Shown: positions 1 through 12,290 of the stretch, piece by piece
Layout: each line of letters begins with the position of its first letter
Numbering within the stretch: the first letter of the stretch is position 1
Assembly (NCBI GenBank): GCA_964016885.1
Contig: OZ024744.1
Location: 4,340,001-4,404,000 of the forward strand
Direction of reading: 5' to 3'
DNA length: 64,000 nt
DNA from: Eledone cirrhosa
Taxonomy: Eukaryota
The notes under the pieces: model-generated
Database searches by the model: none
Seen by the model: the letters and a program-made list of their open reading frames with translations, nothing else
What the model was told of the DNA's origin: nothing
Made by a program: the position numbers and the translations under genes

Positions 1-287
1 AGCTTGGTGAAGAACGAAGTTTTGAGCGAAGACAAGGTAGAGAAGGATAGCTTGTGAAGAACGAAGTTTTGAGGGAAGACAAGGTAGAGAAAGATAGCTT
101 GGTGAAGAACGAAGTTTTGAGGGAAGACAAGGTAGAGAAAGATAGCTTGGTGAAGAACGAAGTTTTGAGGGAATGCAAGGTAGAGAAAGATAGCTTGATC
201 AAGAACGAAGTTTTGAGGGAAGACAAGGTAGAGAAAGATAGCTTGGTGAAGAACGAAGTTTTGAGGGAAGACAAGGTAGAGAAGGAT

Positions 288-386
288 AGCTTGTGAAGAA
301 CGAAGTGTTGGGGGAAGACAAGGTAGAGAAAGATAGCTTGGTGAAGAACGAACGAAGTTTTGAGGGAAGACAAGGTAGAGAAAGAT
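288..386. repeat. Recurrent 99-bp indel dimer: 47-bp monomer (GG>G, 'cttgtgaag') followed by 52-bp monomer (+4, 'gaacgaacgaag'); first example
   Basis: Monomers start at 288, 335 and 387, giving 47 and 52 bp. The same dimer recurs dozens of times, e.g. ~1645, ~3040, ~8780, ~16440, ~26385, ~42470, ~55120 and ~63420. It is tandemly doubled at 13167-13364. Confidence 0.95.
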
Positions 387-3300
387 AGCTTGGTGAAGAA
401 CGACGTTTTGAGGGAAGACAAAGTAGAGAACGATAGCTTGATGAAGAACGGAGTTTTGAGGGAAGACAAGATAGAGAAAGATAGCTTGGTGATGAACGAA
501 GTTTTGAGGGAAGACAAGGTAGAGAAAGATAGCTTGGTGAAGAACGAAGTTTTGAGGGAAGTCAAGGTAGAGAAAGATAGCTTGGTGAAGAACGACGTTT
601 TGAGGGAAGACAAGGTAGGGAAAGATAGCTTGGTGAAGAACGACGTTTTGTGGGAAGACAAGGTAGAGAAAGATAGCTTGGTGAAGAACGAAATTTTGTG
701 GGAAGACAAGGTAGAGAAAGATAGCTTGGTGAAGAACGAAGTTTTGGGGGTAGACAAGGTAGAGAAAGATAGCTTGGTGAAGAACGAAGTTTTGGGGGAA
801 GACAAGGTAGAGAAAGATAGCTTGGTGAAGAACGACGTTTTGAGGGAAGACAAGGTAGAGAAAGATAGCTTGATGAAGAACGAAGTTGTGTGGGAAGACA
901 AGGTAGAGAAGGATAGCTTGTGAAGAACGAAGTTTTGGGGGAAGACAAGGTAGAGAAAGATAGCTTGATCAAGAACGAAGTTTTGAGGGAAGACAAGGTA
1001 GAGAAAGATAGCTTGGTGAAGAACGAACGAAGTTTTGAGGGAAGACAAGGTAGAGAAAGATAGCTTGGTGAAGAACGAAGTTTTGAGGGAAGATAAGGTA
1101 GAGAAAGATAGCTTGGTGAAGAACGAAGTTTTGAGGGAAGACAAGGTAGAGAAAGATAGCTTGATCAAGAACGAAGTTTTGAGGGAAGACAAGGTAGAGA
1201 AAGATAGCTTCTGTGAAGAACGAAGTTTTGAGGGAAGACAAGGTAGAGAAGGATAGCTTGTGAAGAACGAAGTTTTGGGGGAAGACAACGTAGAGTAAGA
1301 TAGCTTGGTGAAGAACGAACGAAGTTTTGAGGGAAGACAAGGTAGAGAAAGATAGTTTGGTGAAGAACGAAGTTTTGGGGGAAAAAAAGGTAGAGAAAGA
1401 TAGCTTGGTGAAGAACGAAGTTTTGAGGGAAGACAAGGTAGAGAAAGATAGCTTGGTGAAGAACGAAGTTTTGAGGGAAGTCAAGGTAGAGAAAGATAGC
1501 TTGGTGAAGAACGAAGTTTTGAGGGAATGCAAGGTAGAGAAAGATAGCTTGATCAAGAACGAAGTTTTGAGGGAAGACAAGGTAGAGAAAGATAGCTTGG
1601 TGAAGAACGAAGTTTTGAGGGAAGACAAGGTAGAGAAGGATAGCTTGTGAAGAACGAAGTTTTGGGGGAAGACAAGGTAGAGAAAGATAGCTTGGTGAAG
1701 AACGAACGAAGTTTTGAGGGAAGACAAGGTAGAGAAAGATAGCTTGGTGAAGAACGACGTTTTGAGGGAAGACAAAGTAGAGAACGATAGCTTGATGAAG
1801 AACGGTGTTTTGAGGGAAGACAAGATAGAGAAAGATAGCTTGGTGAAGAACGAAGTTTTGAGGGAAGACAAGGTAGAGAAAGATAGCTTGGTGAAGAACG
1901 AAGTTTGATGGAAGACAAGGTATAGAAAGATAGCTTGATCAAGAACGAAGTTTTGAGGGAAGACAAGGTAGAGAAAGATAGCTTGGTGAAGAACGAAGTT
2001 TTGAGGGAAGACAAGGTAGAGAAAGATAGCTTGGTGAAGAACGAAGTTTTGAGGAAGACAAGGTAGAGAAAGATTGCTTGATGAAGAACGAAGTTTTGAG
2101 GGAAGACAAGGTAGAGAAAGTTAGCTTGGTGAAGAACGAAGTTTTGAGGGAAGAGAAGGTAGAGAAAGATAGTTTGGTGAAGAACGAAGTTTTGGGGGAA
2201 AAAAAGGTAGAGAAAGATAGCTTGTTGAAGAACGAAGTTTTGAGGGAAGACAAGGTAGAGAAAGATAGCTTGGTGAGGAACGAAGTTTTGGGGGAAGACA
2301 GGGTAGAGAAAGATAGCCTGGTGAAGAACGAAGTTTTGAGGGAAGACAAGGTAGAGAAAGAGAGCTTGGTGAAGAACGAAGTTTTGAGAGAAGAATGGGT
2401 AGAGAAAGATAGCTTGGTGAAGAACGACGTTTTGAGGGAAGACAAGGTAGGGAAAGATAGCTTGGTGAAGAACGACGTTTTGTGGGAAGACAAGGTAGAG
2501 AAAGATAGCTTGGTGAAGAACGAAGTTTTGGGGGTAGACAAGGTAGAGAAAGATAGCTTGGTGAAGAACGAAGTTTTGGGGGAAGACAAGGTAGAGAAAG
2601 ATAGCTTGGTGACGAACGAAGTCTTGAGGGAAGACAAGGTAGAGAAAGATAGCTTGATGAAGAACGAACGATGTTTTGAGGGAAGACAAAGTAGAGAAAG
2701 ATAGCTTGGTGAAGAACGAAGTTTTGAGGGAAGACAAGGTAGAGAAAGATAGCTTGGTGAAGAACGAAGTTTTGAGCGAAGACAAGGTAGAGAAGGATAG
2801 CTTGTGAAGAACGAAGTTTTGAGGGAAGACAAGGTAGAGAAAGATAGCTTGGTGAAGAACGAAGTTTTGAGGGAAGACAAGGTAGAGAAAGATAGCTTGG
2901 TGAAGAACGAAGTTTTGAGGGAATGCAAGGTAGAGAAAGATAGCTTGATCAAGAACGAAGTTTTGAGGGAAGACAAGGTAGAGAAAGATAGCTTGGTGAA
3001 GAACGAAGTTTTGAGGGAAGACAAGGTAGAGAAGGATAGCTTGTGAAGAACGAAGTTTTGGGGGAAGACAAGGTAGAGAAAGATAGCTTGGTGAAGAACG
3101 AACGAAGTTTTGAGGGAAGACAAGGTAGAGAAAGATAGCTTGGTGAAGAACGACGTTTTGAGGGAAGACAAAGTAGAGAACGATAGCTTGATGAAGAACG
3201 GAGTTTTGAGGGAAGACAAGATAGAGAAAGATAGCTTGGTGAAGAACGAAGTTTTGAGGGAAGACAAGGTAGAGAAAGATAGCTTGGTGAAGAACGAAGT

Positions 3301-6189
3301 TTTGAGGGAAGTCAAGGTAGAGAAAGATAGCTTGGTGAAGAACGACGTTTTGAGGGAAGACAAGGTAGGGAAAGATAGCTTGGTGAAGAACGACGTTTTG
3401 TGGGAAGACAAGGTAGAGAAAGATAGCTTGGTGAAGAACGAAGTTTTGGGGGTAGACAAGGTAGAGAAAGATAGCTTGGTGAAGAACGAAGTTTTGGGGG
3501 AAGACAAGGTAGAGAAAGATAGCTTGGTGAAGAACGACGTTTTGAGGGAAGACAAGGTAGAGAAAGATAGCTTGATGAAGAACGAAGTTGTGTGGGAAGA
3601 CAAGGTAGAGAAGGATAGCTTGTGAAGAACGAAGTTTTGGGGGAAGACAAGGTAGAGAAAGATAGCTTGATCAAGAACGAAGTTTTGAGGGAAGACAAGG
3701 TAGAGAAAGATAGCTTGGTGAAGAACGAACGAAGTTTTGAGGGAAGACAAGGTAGAGAAAGATAGCTTGGTGAAGAACGAAGTTTTGAGGGAAGATAAGG
3801 TAGAGAAAGATAGCTTGGTGAAGAACGAAGTTTTGAGGGAAGACAAGGTAGAGAAAGATAGCTTGATCAAGAACGAAGTTTTGAGGGAAGACAAGGTAGA
3901 GAAAGATAGCTTGGTGAAGAACGAAGTTTTGAGGGAAGACAAGGTAGAGAAGGATAGCTTGTGAAGAACGAAGTTTTGGGGGTAGACAAGGTAGAGAAAC
4001 ATAGCTTGGTGAAGAACGAAGTTTTGAGGGAAGACAAGGTAGAGAAAGATAGCTTGGTGACGAACGAAGTCTTGAGGGAAGACAAGGTAGAGAAAGATAG
4101 CTTGATGAAGAACGAACGATGTTTTGAGGGAAGACAAAGTAGAGAAAGATAGCTTGGTGAAGAACGAAGTTTTGAGGGAAGACAAGGTAGAGAAAGATAG
4201 CTTGGTGAAGAACGAAGTTTTGAGCGAAGACAAGGTAGAGAAGGATAGCTTGTGAAGAACGAAGTTTTGAGGGAAGACAAGGTAGAGAAAGATAGCTTGG
4301 TGAAGAACGAAGTTTTGAGGGAAGACAAGGTAGAGAAAGATAGCTTGGTGAAGAACGAAGTTTTGAGGGAATGCAAGGTAGAGAAAGATAGCTTGATCAA
4401 GAACGAAGTTTTGAGGGAAGACAAGGTAGAGAAAGATAGCTTGGTGAAGAACGAAGTTTTGAGGGAAGACAAGGTAGAGAAGGATAGCTTGTGAAGAACG
4501 AAGTTTTGGGGGAAGACAAGGTAGAGAAAGATAGCTTGGTGAAGAACGAACGAAGTTTTGAGGGAAGACAAGGTAGAGAAAGATAGCTTGGTGAAGAACG
4601 ACGTTTTGAGGGAAGACAAAGTAGAGAACGATAGCTTGATGAAGAACGGAGTTTTGAGGGAAGACAAGATAGAGAAAGATAGCTTGGTGAAGAACGAAGT
4701 TTTGAGGGAAGACAAGGTAGAGAAAGATAGCTTGGTGAAGAACGAAGTTTTGAGGGAAGTCAAGGTAGAGAAAGATAGCTTGGTGAAGAACGACGTTTTG
4801 TGGGAAGACAAGGTAGAGAAAGATAGCTTGGTGAAGAACGAAGTTTTGGGGGTAGACAAGGTAGAGAAAGATAGCTTGGTGAAGAACGAAGTTTTGGGGG
4901 AAGACAAGGTAGAGAAAGATAGCTTGGTGAAGAACGACGTTTTGAGGGAAGACAAGGTAGAGAAAGATAGCTTGATGAAGAACGAAGTTGTGTGGGAAGA
5001 CAAGGTAGAGAAGGATAGCTTGTGAAGAACGAAGTTTTGGGGGAAGACAAGGTAGAGAAAGATAGCTTGATCAAGAACGAAGTTTTGAGGGAAGACAAGG
5101 TAGAGAAAGATAGCTTGGTGAAGAACGAACGAAGTTTTGAGGGAAGACAAGGTAGAGAAAGATAGCTTGGTGAAGAACGAAGTTTTGAGGGAAGATAAGG
5201 TAGAGAAAGATAGCTTGGTGAAGAACGAAGTTTTGAGGGAAGACAAGGTAGAGAAAGATAGCTTGATCAAGAACGAAGTTTTGAGGGAAGACAAGGTAGA
5301 GAAAGATAGCTTGGTGAAGAACGAAGTTTTGAGGGAAGACAAGGTAGAGAAGGATAGCTTGTGAAGAACGAAGTTTTGGGGGAAGACAACGTAGAGTAAG
5401 ATAGCTTGGTGAAGAACGAACGAAGTTTTGAGGGAAGACAAGGTAGAGAAAGATAGTTTGGTGAAGAACGAAGTTTTGGGGGAAAAAAAGGTAGAGAAAG
5501 ATAGCTTGGTGAAGAACGAAGTTTTGAGGGAAGACAAGGTAGAGAAAGAGAGCTTGGTGAAGAACGAAGTTTTGAGGGAAGTCAAGGTAGAGAAAGATAG
5601 CTTGGTGAAGAACGACGTTTTGAGGGAATGCAAGGTAGAGAAAGATAGCTTGATCAAGAACGAAGTTTTGAGGGAAGACAAGGTAGAGAAAGATAGCTTG
5701 GTGAAGAACGAAGTTTTGAGGGAAGACAAGGTAGAGAAGGATAGCTTGTGAAGAACGAAGTTTTGGGGGAAGACAAGGTAGAGAAAGATAGCTTGGTGAA
5801 GAACGAACGAAGTTTTGAGGGAAGACAAGTTAGAGAAAGATAGCTTGGTGAAGAACGACGTTTTGAGGGAAGACAAAGTAGAGAACGATAGCTTGATGAA
5901 GAACGGTGTTTTGAGGGAAGACAAGATAGAGAAAGATAGCTTGGTGAAGAACGAAGTTTTGAGGGAAGACAAGGTAGAGAAAGATAGCTTGGTGAAGAAC
6001 GAAGTTTGATGGAAGACAAGGTATAGAAAGATAGCTTGATCAAGAACGAAGTTTTGAGGGAAGACAAGGTAGAGAAAGATAGCTTGGTGAAGAACGAAGT
6101 TTTGAGTGAAGACAAGGTAGAGAAAGATAGCTTGGTGAAGAACGAAGTTTTGAGGAAGACAAGGTAGAGAAAGATTGCTTGATGAAGAA

Positions 6190-9100
6190 CGAAGTTTTGA
6201 GGGAAGACAAGATAGAGAAAGATAGCTTGGTGAAGAACGAAGTTTTGAGGGAAGACAAGGTAGAGAAAGATAGCTTGGTGAAGAACGAAGTTTTGAGGGA
6301 AGTCAAGGTATAGAAAGATAGCTTGGTGAAGAACGACGTTTTGAGGGAAGACAAGGTAGGGAAAGATAGCTTGGTGAAGAACGACGTTTTGTGGGAAGAC
6401 AAGGTAGAGAAAGATAGCTTGGTGAAGAACGAAATTTTGTGGGAAGACAAGGTAGAGAAAGATAGCTTGGTGAAGAACGAAGTTTTGGGGGTAGACAAGG
6501 TAGAGAAAGATAGCTTGGTGAAGAACGAAGTTTTGGGGGAAGACAAGGTAGAGAAAGATAGCTTGGTGAAGAACGACGTTTTGAGGGAAGACAAGGTAGA
6601 GAAAGATAGCTTGATGAAGAACGAAGTTGTGTGGGAAGACAAGGTAGAGAAGGATAGCTTGTGAAGAACGAAGTTTTGGGGGAAGACAAGGTAGAGAAAG
6701 ATAGCTTGATCAAGAACGAAGTTTTGAGGGAAGACAAGGTAGAGAAAGATAGCTTGGTGAAGAACGAACGAAGTTTTGAGGGAAGACAAGGTAGAGAAAG
6801 ATAGCTTGGTGAAGAACGAAGTTTTGAGGGAAGATAAGGTAGAGAAAGATAGCTTGGTGAAGAACGAAGTTTTGAGGGAAGACAAGGTAGAGAAAGATAG
6901 CTTGATCAAGAACGAAGTTTTGAGGGAAGACAAGGTAGAGAAAGATAGCTTGGTGAAGAACGAAGTTTTGAGGGAAGACAAGGTAGAGAAGGATAGCTTG
7001 TGAAGAACGAAGTTTTGGGGGAAGACAACGTAGAGTAAGATAGCTTGGTGAAGAACGAACGAAGTTTTGAGGGAAGACAAGGTAGAGAAAGATAGTTTGG
7101 TGAAGAACGAAGTTTTGGGGGAAAAAAAGGTAGAGAAAGATAGCTTGGTGAAGAACGAAGTTTTGAGGGAAGACAAGGTAGAGAAAGATAGCTTGGTGAA
7201 GAACGAAGTTTTGAGGGAAGTCAAGGTAGAGAAAGATAGCTTGGTGAAGAACGAAGTTTTGAGGGAATGCAAGGTAGAGAAAGATAGCTTGATCAAGAAC
7301 GAAGTTTTGAGGGAAGACAAGGTAGAGAAAGATAGCTTGGTGAAGAACGAAGTTTTGAGGGAAGACAAGGTAGAGAAGGATAGCTTGTGAAGAACGAAGT
7401 TTTGGGGGAAGACAAGGTAGAGAAAGATAGCTTGGTGAAGAACGAACGAAGTTTTGAGGGAAGACAAGGTAGAGAAAGATAGCTTGGTGAAGAACGACGT
7501 TTTGAGGGAAGACAAAGTAGAGAACGATAGCTTGATGAAGAACGGTGTTTTGAGGGAAGACAAGATAGAGAAAGATAGCTTGGTGAAGAACGAAGTTTTG
7601 AGGGAAGACAAGGTAGAGAAAGATAGCTTGGTGAAGAACGAAGTTTGATGGAAGACAAGGTATAGAAAGATAGCTTGATCAAGAACGAAGTTTTGAGGGA
7701 AGACAAGGTAGAGAAAGATAGCTTGGTGAAGAACGAAGTTTTGAGGGAAGACAAGGTAGAGAAAGATAGCTTGGTGAAGAACGAAGTTTTGAGGAAGACA
7801 AGGTAGAGAAAGATTGCTTGATGAAGAACGAAGTTTTGAGGGAAGACAAGGTAGAGAAAGTTAGCTTGGTGAAGAACGAAGTTTTGAGGGAAGAGAAGGT
7901 AGAGAAAGATAGTTTGGTGAAGAACGAAGTTTTGGGGGAAAAAAAGGTAGAGAAAGATAGCTTGTTGAAGAACGAAGTTTTGAGGGAAGACAAGGTAGAG
8001 AAAGATAGCTTGGTGAGGAACGAAGTTTTGGGGGAAGACAGGGTAGAGAAAGATAGCCTGGTGAAGAACGAAGTTTTGAGGGAAGACAAGGTAGAGAAAG
8101 AGAGCTTGGTGAAGAACGAAGTTTTGAGAGAAGAATGGGTAGAGAAAGATAGCTTGGTGAAGAACGACGTTTTGAGGGAAGACAAGGTAGGGAAAGATAG
8201 CTTGGTGAAGAACGACGTTTTGTGGGAAGACAAGGTAGAGAAAGATAGCTTGGTGAAGAACGAAGTTTTGGGGGTAGACAAGGTAGAGAAAGATAGCTTG
8301 GTGAAGAACGAAGTTTTGGGGGAAGACAAGGTAGAGAAAGATAGCTTGGTGACGAACGAAGTCTTGAGGGAAGACAAGGTAGAGAAAGATAGCTTGATGA
8401 AGAACGAACGATGTTTTGAGGGAAGACAAAGTAGAGAAAGATAGCTTGGTGAAGAACGAAGTTTTGAGGGAAGACAAGGTAGAGAAAGATAGCTTGGTGA
8501 AGAACGAAGTTTTGAGCGAAGACAAGGTAGAGAAGGATAGCTTGTGAAGAACGAAGTTTTGAGGGAAGACAAGGTAGAGAAAGATAGCTTGGTGAAGAAC
8601 GAAGTTTTGAGGGAAGACAAGGTAGAGAAAGATAGCTTGGTGAAGAACGAAGTTTTGAGGGAATGCAAGGTAGAGAAAGATAGCTTGATCAAGAACGAAG
8701 TTTTGAGGGAAGACAAGGTAGAGAAAGATAGCTTGGTGAAGAACGAAGTTTTGAGGGAAGACAAGGTAGAGAAGGATAGCTTGTGAAGAACGAAGTTTTG
8801 GGGGAAGACAAGGTAGAGAAAGATAGCTTGGTGAAGAACGAACGAAGTTTTGAGGGAAGACAAGGTAGAGAAAGATAGCTTGGTGAAGAACGACGTTTTG
8901 AGGGAAGACAAAGTAGAGAACGATAGCTTGATGAAGAACGGAGTTTTGAGGGAAGACAAGATAGAGAAAGATAGCTTGGTGAAGAACGAAGTTTTGAGGG
9001 AAGACAAGGTAGAGAAAGATAGCTTGGTGAAGAACGAAGTTTTGAGGGAAGTCAAGGTAGAGAAAGATAGCTTGGTGAAGAACGACGTTTTGAGGGAAGA

Positions 9101-10430
9101 CAAGGTAGGGAAAGATAGCTTGGTGAAGAACGACGTTTTGTGGGAAGACAAGGTAGAGAAAGATAGCTTGGTGAAGAACGAAATTTTGTGGGAAGACAAG
9201 GTAGTGAAAGATAGCTTGGTGAAGAACGAAGTTTTGGGGGTAGACAAGGTAGAGAAAGATAGCTTGGTGAAGAACGAAGTTTTGGGGGAAGACAAGGTAG
9301 AGAAAGATAGCTTGGTGAAGAACGACGTTTTGAGGGAAGACAAGGTAGAGAAAGATAGCTTGATGAAGAACGAAGTTGTGTGGGAAGACAAGGTAGAGAA
9401 GGATAGCTTGTGAAGAACGAAGTTTTGGGGGAAGACAAGGTAGAGAAAGATAGCTTGATCAAGAATGAAGTTTTGAGGGAAGACAAGGTAGAGAAAGATA
9501 GCTTGGTGAAGAACGAACGAAGTTTTGAGGGAAGACAAGGTAGAGAAAGATAGCTTGGTGAAGAACGAAGTTTTGAGGGAAGATAAGGTAGAGAAAGATA
9601 GCTTGGTGAAGAACGAAGTTTTGAGGGAAGACAAGGTAGAGAAAGATAGCTTGATCAAGAACGAAGTTTTGAGGGAAGACAAGGTAGAGAAAGATAGCTT
9701 GGTGAAGAACGAAGTTTTGAGGGAAGACAAGGTAGAGAAGGATAGCTTGTGAAGAACGAAGTTTTGGGGGAAGACAACGTAGAGTAAGATAGCTTGGTGA
9801 AGAACGAACGAAGTTTTGAGGGAAGACAAGGTAGAGAAAGATAGTTTGGTGAAGAACGAAGTTTTGGGGGAAAAAAAGGTAGAGAAAGATAGCTTGGTGA
9901 TGAACGAAGTTTTGAGGGAAGACAATGTAGAGAAAGATAGCTTGGTGAAGAACGAAGTTTTGAGGGAAGTCAAGGTAGAGAAAGATAGCTTGGTGAAGAA
10001 CGAAGTTTTGAGGGAATGCAAGGTAGAGAAAGATAGCTTGATCAAGAACGAAGTTTTGAGGGAAGACAAGGTAGAGAAAGATAGCTTGGTGAAGAACGAA
10101 GTTTTGAGGGAAGACAAGGTAGAGAAGGATAGCTTGTGAAGAACGAAGTTTTGGGGGAAGACAAGGTAGAGAAAGATAGCTTGGTGAAGAACGAACGAAG
10201 TTTTGAGGGAAGACAAGGTAGAGAAAGATAGCTTGGTGAAGAACGACGTTTTGAGGGAAGACAAAGTAGAGAACGATAGCTTGATGAAGAACGGAGTTTT
10301 GAGGGAAGACAAGATAGAGAAAGATAGCTTGGTGAAGAACGAAGTTTTGAGGGAAGACAAGGTAGAGAAAGATAGCTTGGTGAAGAACGAAGTTTGATGG
10401 AAGACAAGGTATAGAAAGATAGCTTGATCA
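6190..10430. repeat. Higher-order repeat, ~2749-bp period (57 monomers); related copy at ~1-3400
   Basis: Matching ORF-track segments are offset by 2749 (6776/9525, 7067/9816, 7454/10203) and by 2750 (54/2804, 360/3110). Indel bookkeeping for 54-2804 gives 57x48+14=2750. Boundaries are approximate. Confidence 0.8.
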
Positions 10431-12290
10431 AGAACGAAGTTTTGAGGGAAGACAAGGTAGAGAAAGATAGCTTGGTGAAGAACGAAGTTTTGAGGGAATG
10501 CAAGGTAGAGAAAGATAGCTTGATCAAGAACGAAGTTTTGAGGGAAGACAAGGTAGAGAAAGATAGCTTGGTGAAGAACGAAGTTTTGAGGGAAGACAAG
10601 GTAGAGAAGGATAGCTTGTGAAGAACGAAGTTTTGGGGGAAGACAAGGTAGAGAAAGATAGCTTGGTGAAGAACGAACGAAGTTTTGAGGGAAGACAAGG
10701 TAGAGAAAGATAGCTTGGTGAAGAACGACGTTTTGAGGGAAGACAAAGTAGAGAACGATAGCTTGATGAAGAACGGAGTTTTGAGGGAAGACAAGATAGA
10801 GAAAGATAGCTTGGTGAAGAACGAAGTTTTGAGGGAAGACAAGGTAGAGAAAGATAGCTTGGTGAAGAACGAAGTTTTGAGGGAAGTCAAGGTAGAGAAA
10901 GATAGCTTGGTGAAGAACGACGTTTTGAGGGAAGACAAGGTAGGGAAAGATAGCTTGGTGAAGAACGACGTTTTGTGGGAAGACAAGGTAGAGAAAGATA
11001 GCTTGGTGAAGAACGAAATTTTGTGGGAAGACAAGGTAGAGAAAGATAGCTTGGTGAAGAACGAAGTTTTGGGGGTAGACAAGGTAGAGAAAGATAGCTT
11101 GGTGAAGAACGAAGTTTTGGGGGAAGACAAGGTAGAGAAAGATAGCTTGGTGAAGAACGACGTTTTGAGGGAAGACAAGGTAGAGAAAGATAGCTTGATG
11201 AAGAACGAAGTTGTGTGGGAAGACAAGGTAGAGAAGGATAGCTTGTGAAGAACGAAGTTTTGGGGGAAGACAAGGTAGAGAAAGATAGCTTGATCAAGAA
11301 CGAAGTTTTGAGGGAAGACAAGGTAGAGAAAGATAGCTTGGTGAAGAACGAACGAAGTTTTGAGGGAAGACAAGGTAGAGAAAGATAGCTTGGTGAAGAA
11401 CGAAGTTTTGAGGGAAGATAAGGTAGAGAAAGATAGCTTGGTGAAGAACGAAGTTTTGAGGGAAGACAAGGTAGAGAAAGATAGCTTGATCAAGAACGAA
11501 GTTTTGAGGGAAGACAAGGTAGAGAAAGATAGCTTGGTGAAGAACGAAGTTTTGAGGGAAGACAAGGTAGAGAAGGATAGCTTGTGAAGAACGAAGTTTT
11601 GGAGGAAGACAACGTAGAGTAAGATAGCTTGGTGAAGAACGAACGAAGTTTTGAGGGAAGACAAGGTAGAGAAAGATAGTTTGGTGAAGAACGAAGTTTT
11701 GGGGGAAAAAAAGGTAGAGAAAGATAGCTTGGTGAAGAACGAAGTTTTGAGGGAAGACAATGTAGAGAAAGATAGCTTGGTGAAGAACGAAGTTTTGAGG
11801 GAAGTCAAGGTAGAGAAAGATAGCTTGGTGAAGAACGAAGTTTTGAGGGAATGCAAGGTAGAGAAAGATAGCTTGATCAAGAACGAAGTTTTGAGGGAAG
11901 ACAAGGTAGAGAAAGATAGCTTGGTGAAGAACGAAGTTTTGAGGGAAGACAAGGTAGAGAAGGATAGCTTGTGAAGAACGAAGTTTTGGGGGAAGACAAG
12001 GTAGAGAAAGATAGCTTGGTGAAGAACGAACGAAGTTTTGAGGGAAGACAAGGTAGAGAAAGATAGCTTGGTGAAGAACGACGTTTTGAGGGAAGACAAA
12101 GTAGAGAACGATAGCTTGATGAAGAACGGAGTTTTGAGGGAAGACAAGATAGAGAAAGATAGCTTGGTGAAGAACGAAGTTTTGAGGGAAGACAAGGTAG
12201 AGAAAGATAGCTTGGTGAAGAACGAAGTTTGATGGAAGACAAGGTATAGAAAGATAGCTTGATCAAGAACGAAGTTTTGAGGGAAGACAA
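8640..12290. repeat. Tandem duplication, 1835-bp period (38 monomers)
   Basis: Offsets 8850/10685, 9525/11360, 9816/11651 and 10203/12038 all equal 1835 (38x48+11, matching the counted indels). Both copies share the variant 'gacaatgtag' at ~9921 and ~11757. Confidence 0.85.

Noticed and set aside
51-114. CENP-B-box-like motif on the minus strand (CTTCGTTCTTCACCAAG vs CTTCGTTGGAAACGGGA)
   Set aside because: Only 5 of the 9 essential positions match; the A at position 10 and the GGG are missing.
288-386. Programmed frameshifting or phase-variable coding via the -1/+4 monomers
   Set aside because: There is no gene context or canonical slippery site with a downstream structure. Many indels are unpaired, and co-amplification explains the pairing.
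1208-1216. Singleton oddities ('cttctgtgaag' at 1208, 'aagctggag' ~12337, extra T ~15290, missing base ~17233 and ~20001, extra G ~60901)
   Set aside because: Each occurs once and is absent from sister copies, so they are private mutations or consensus errors with no interpretable signal.
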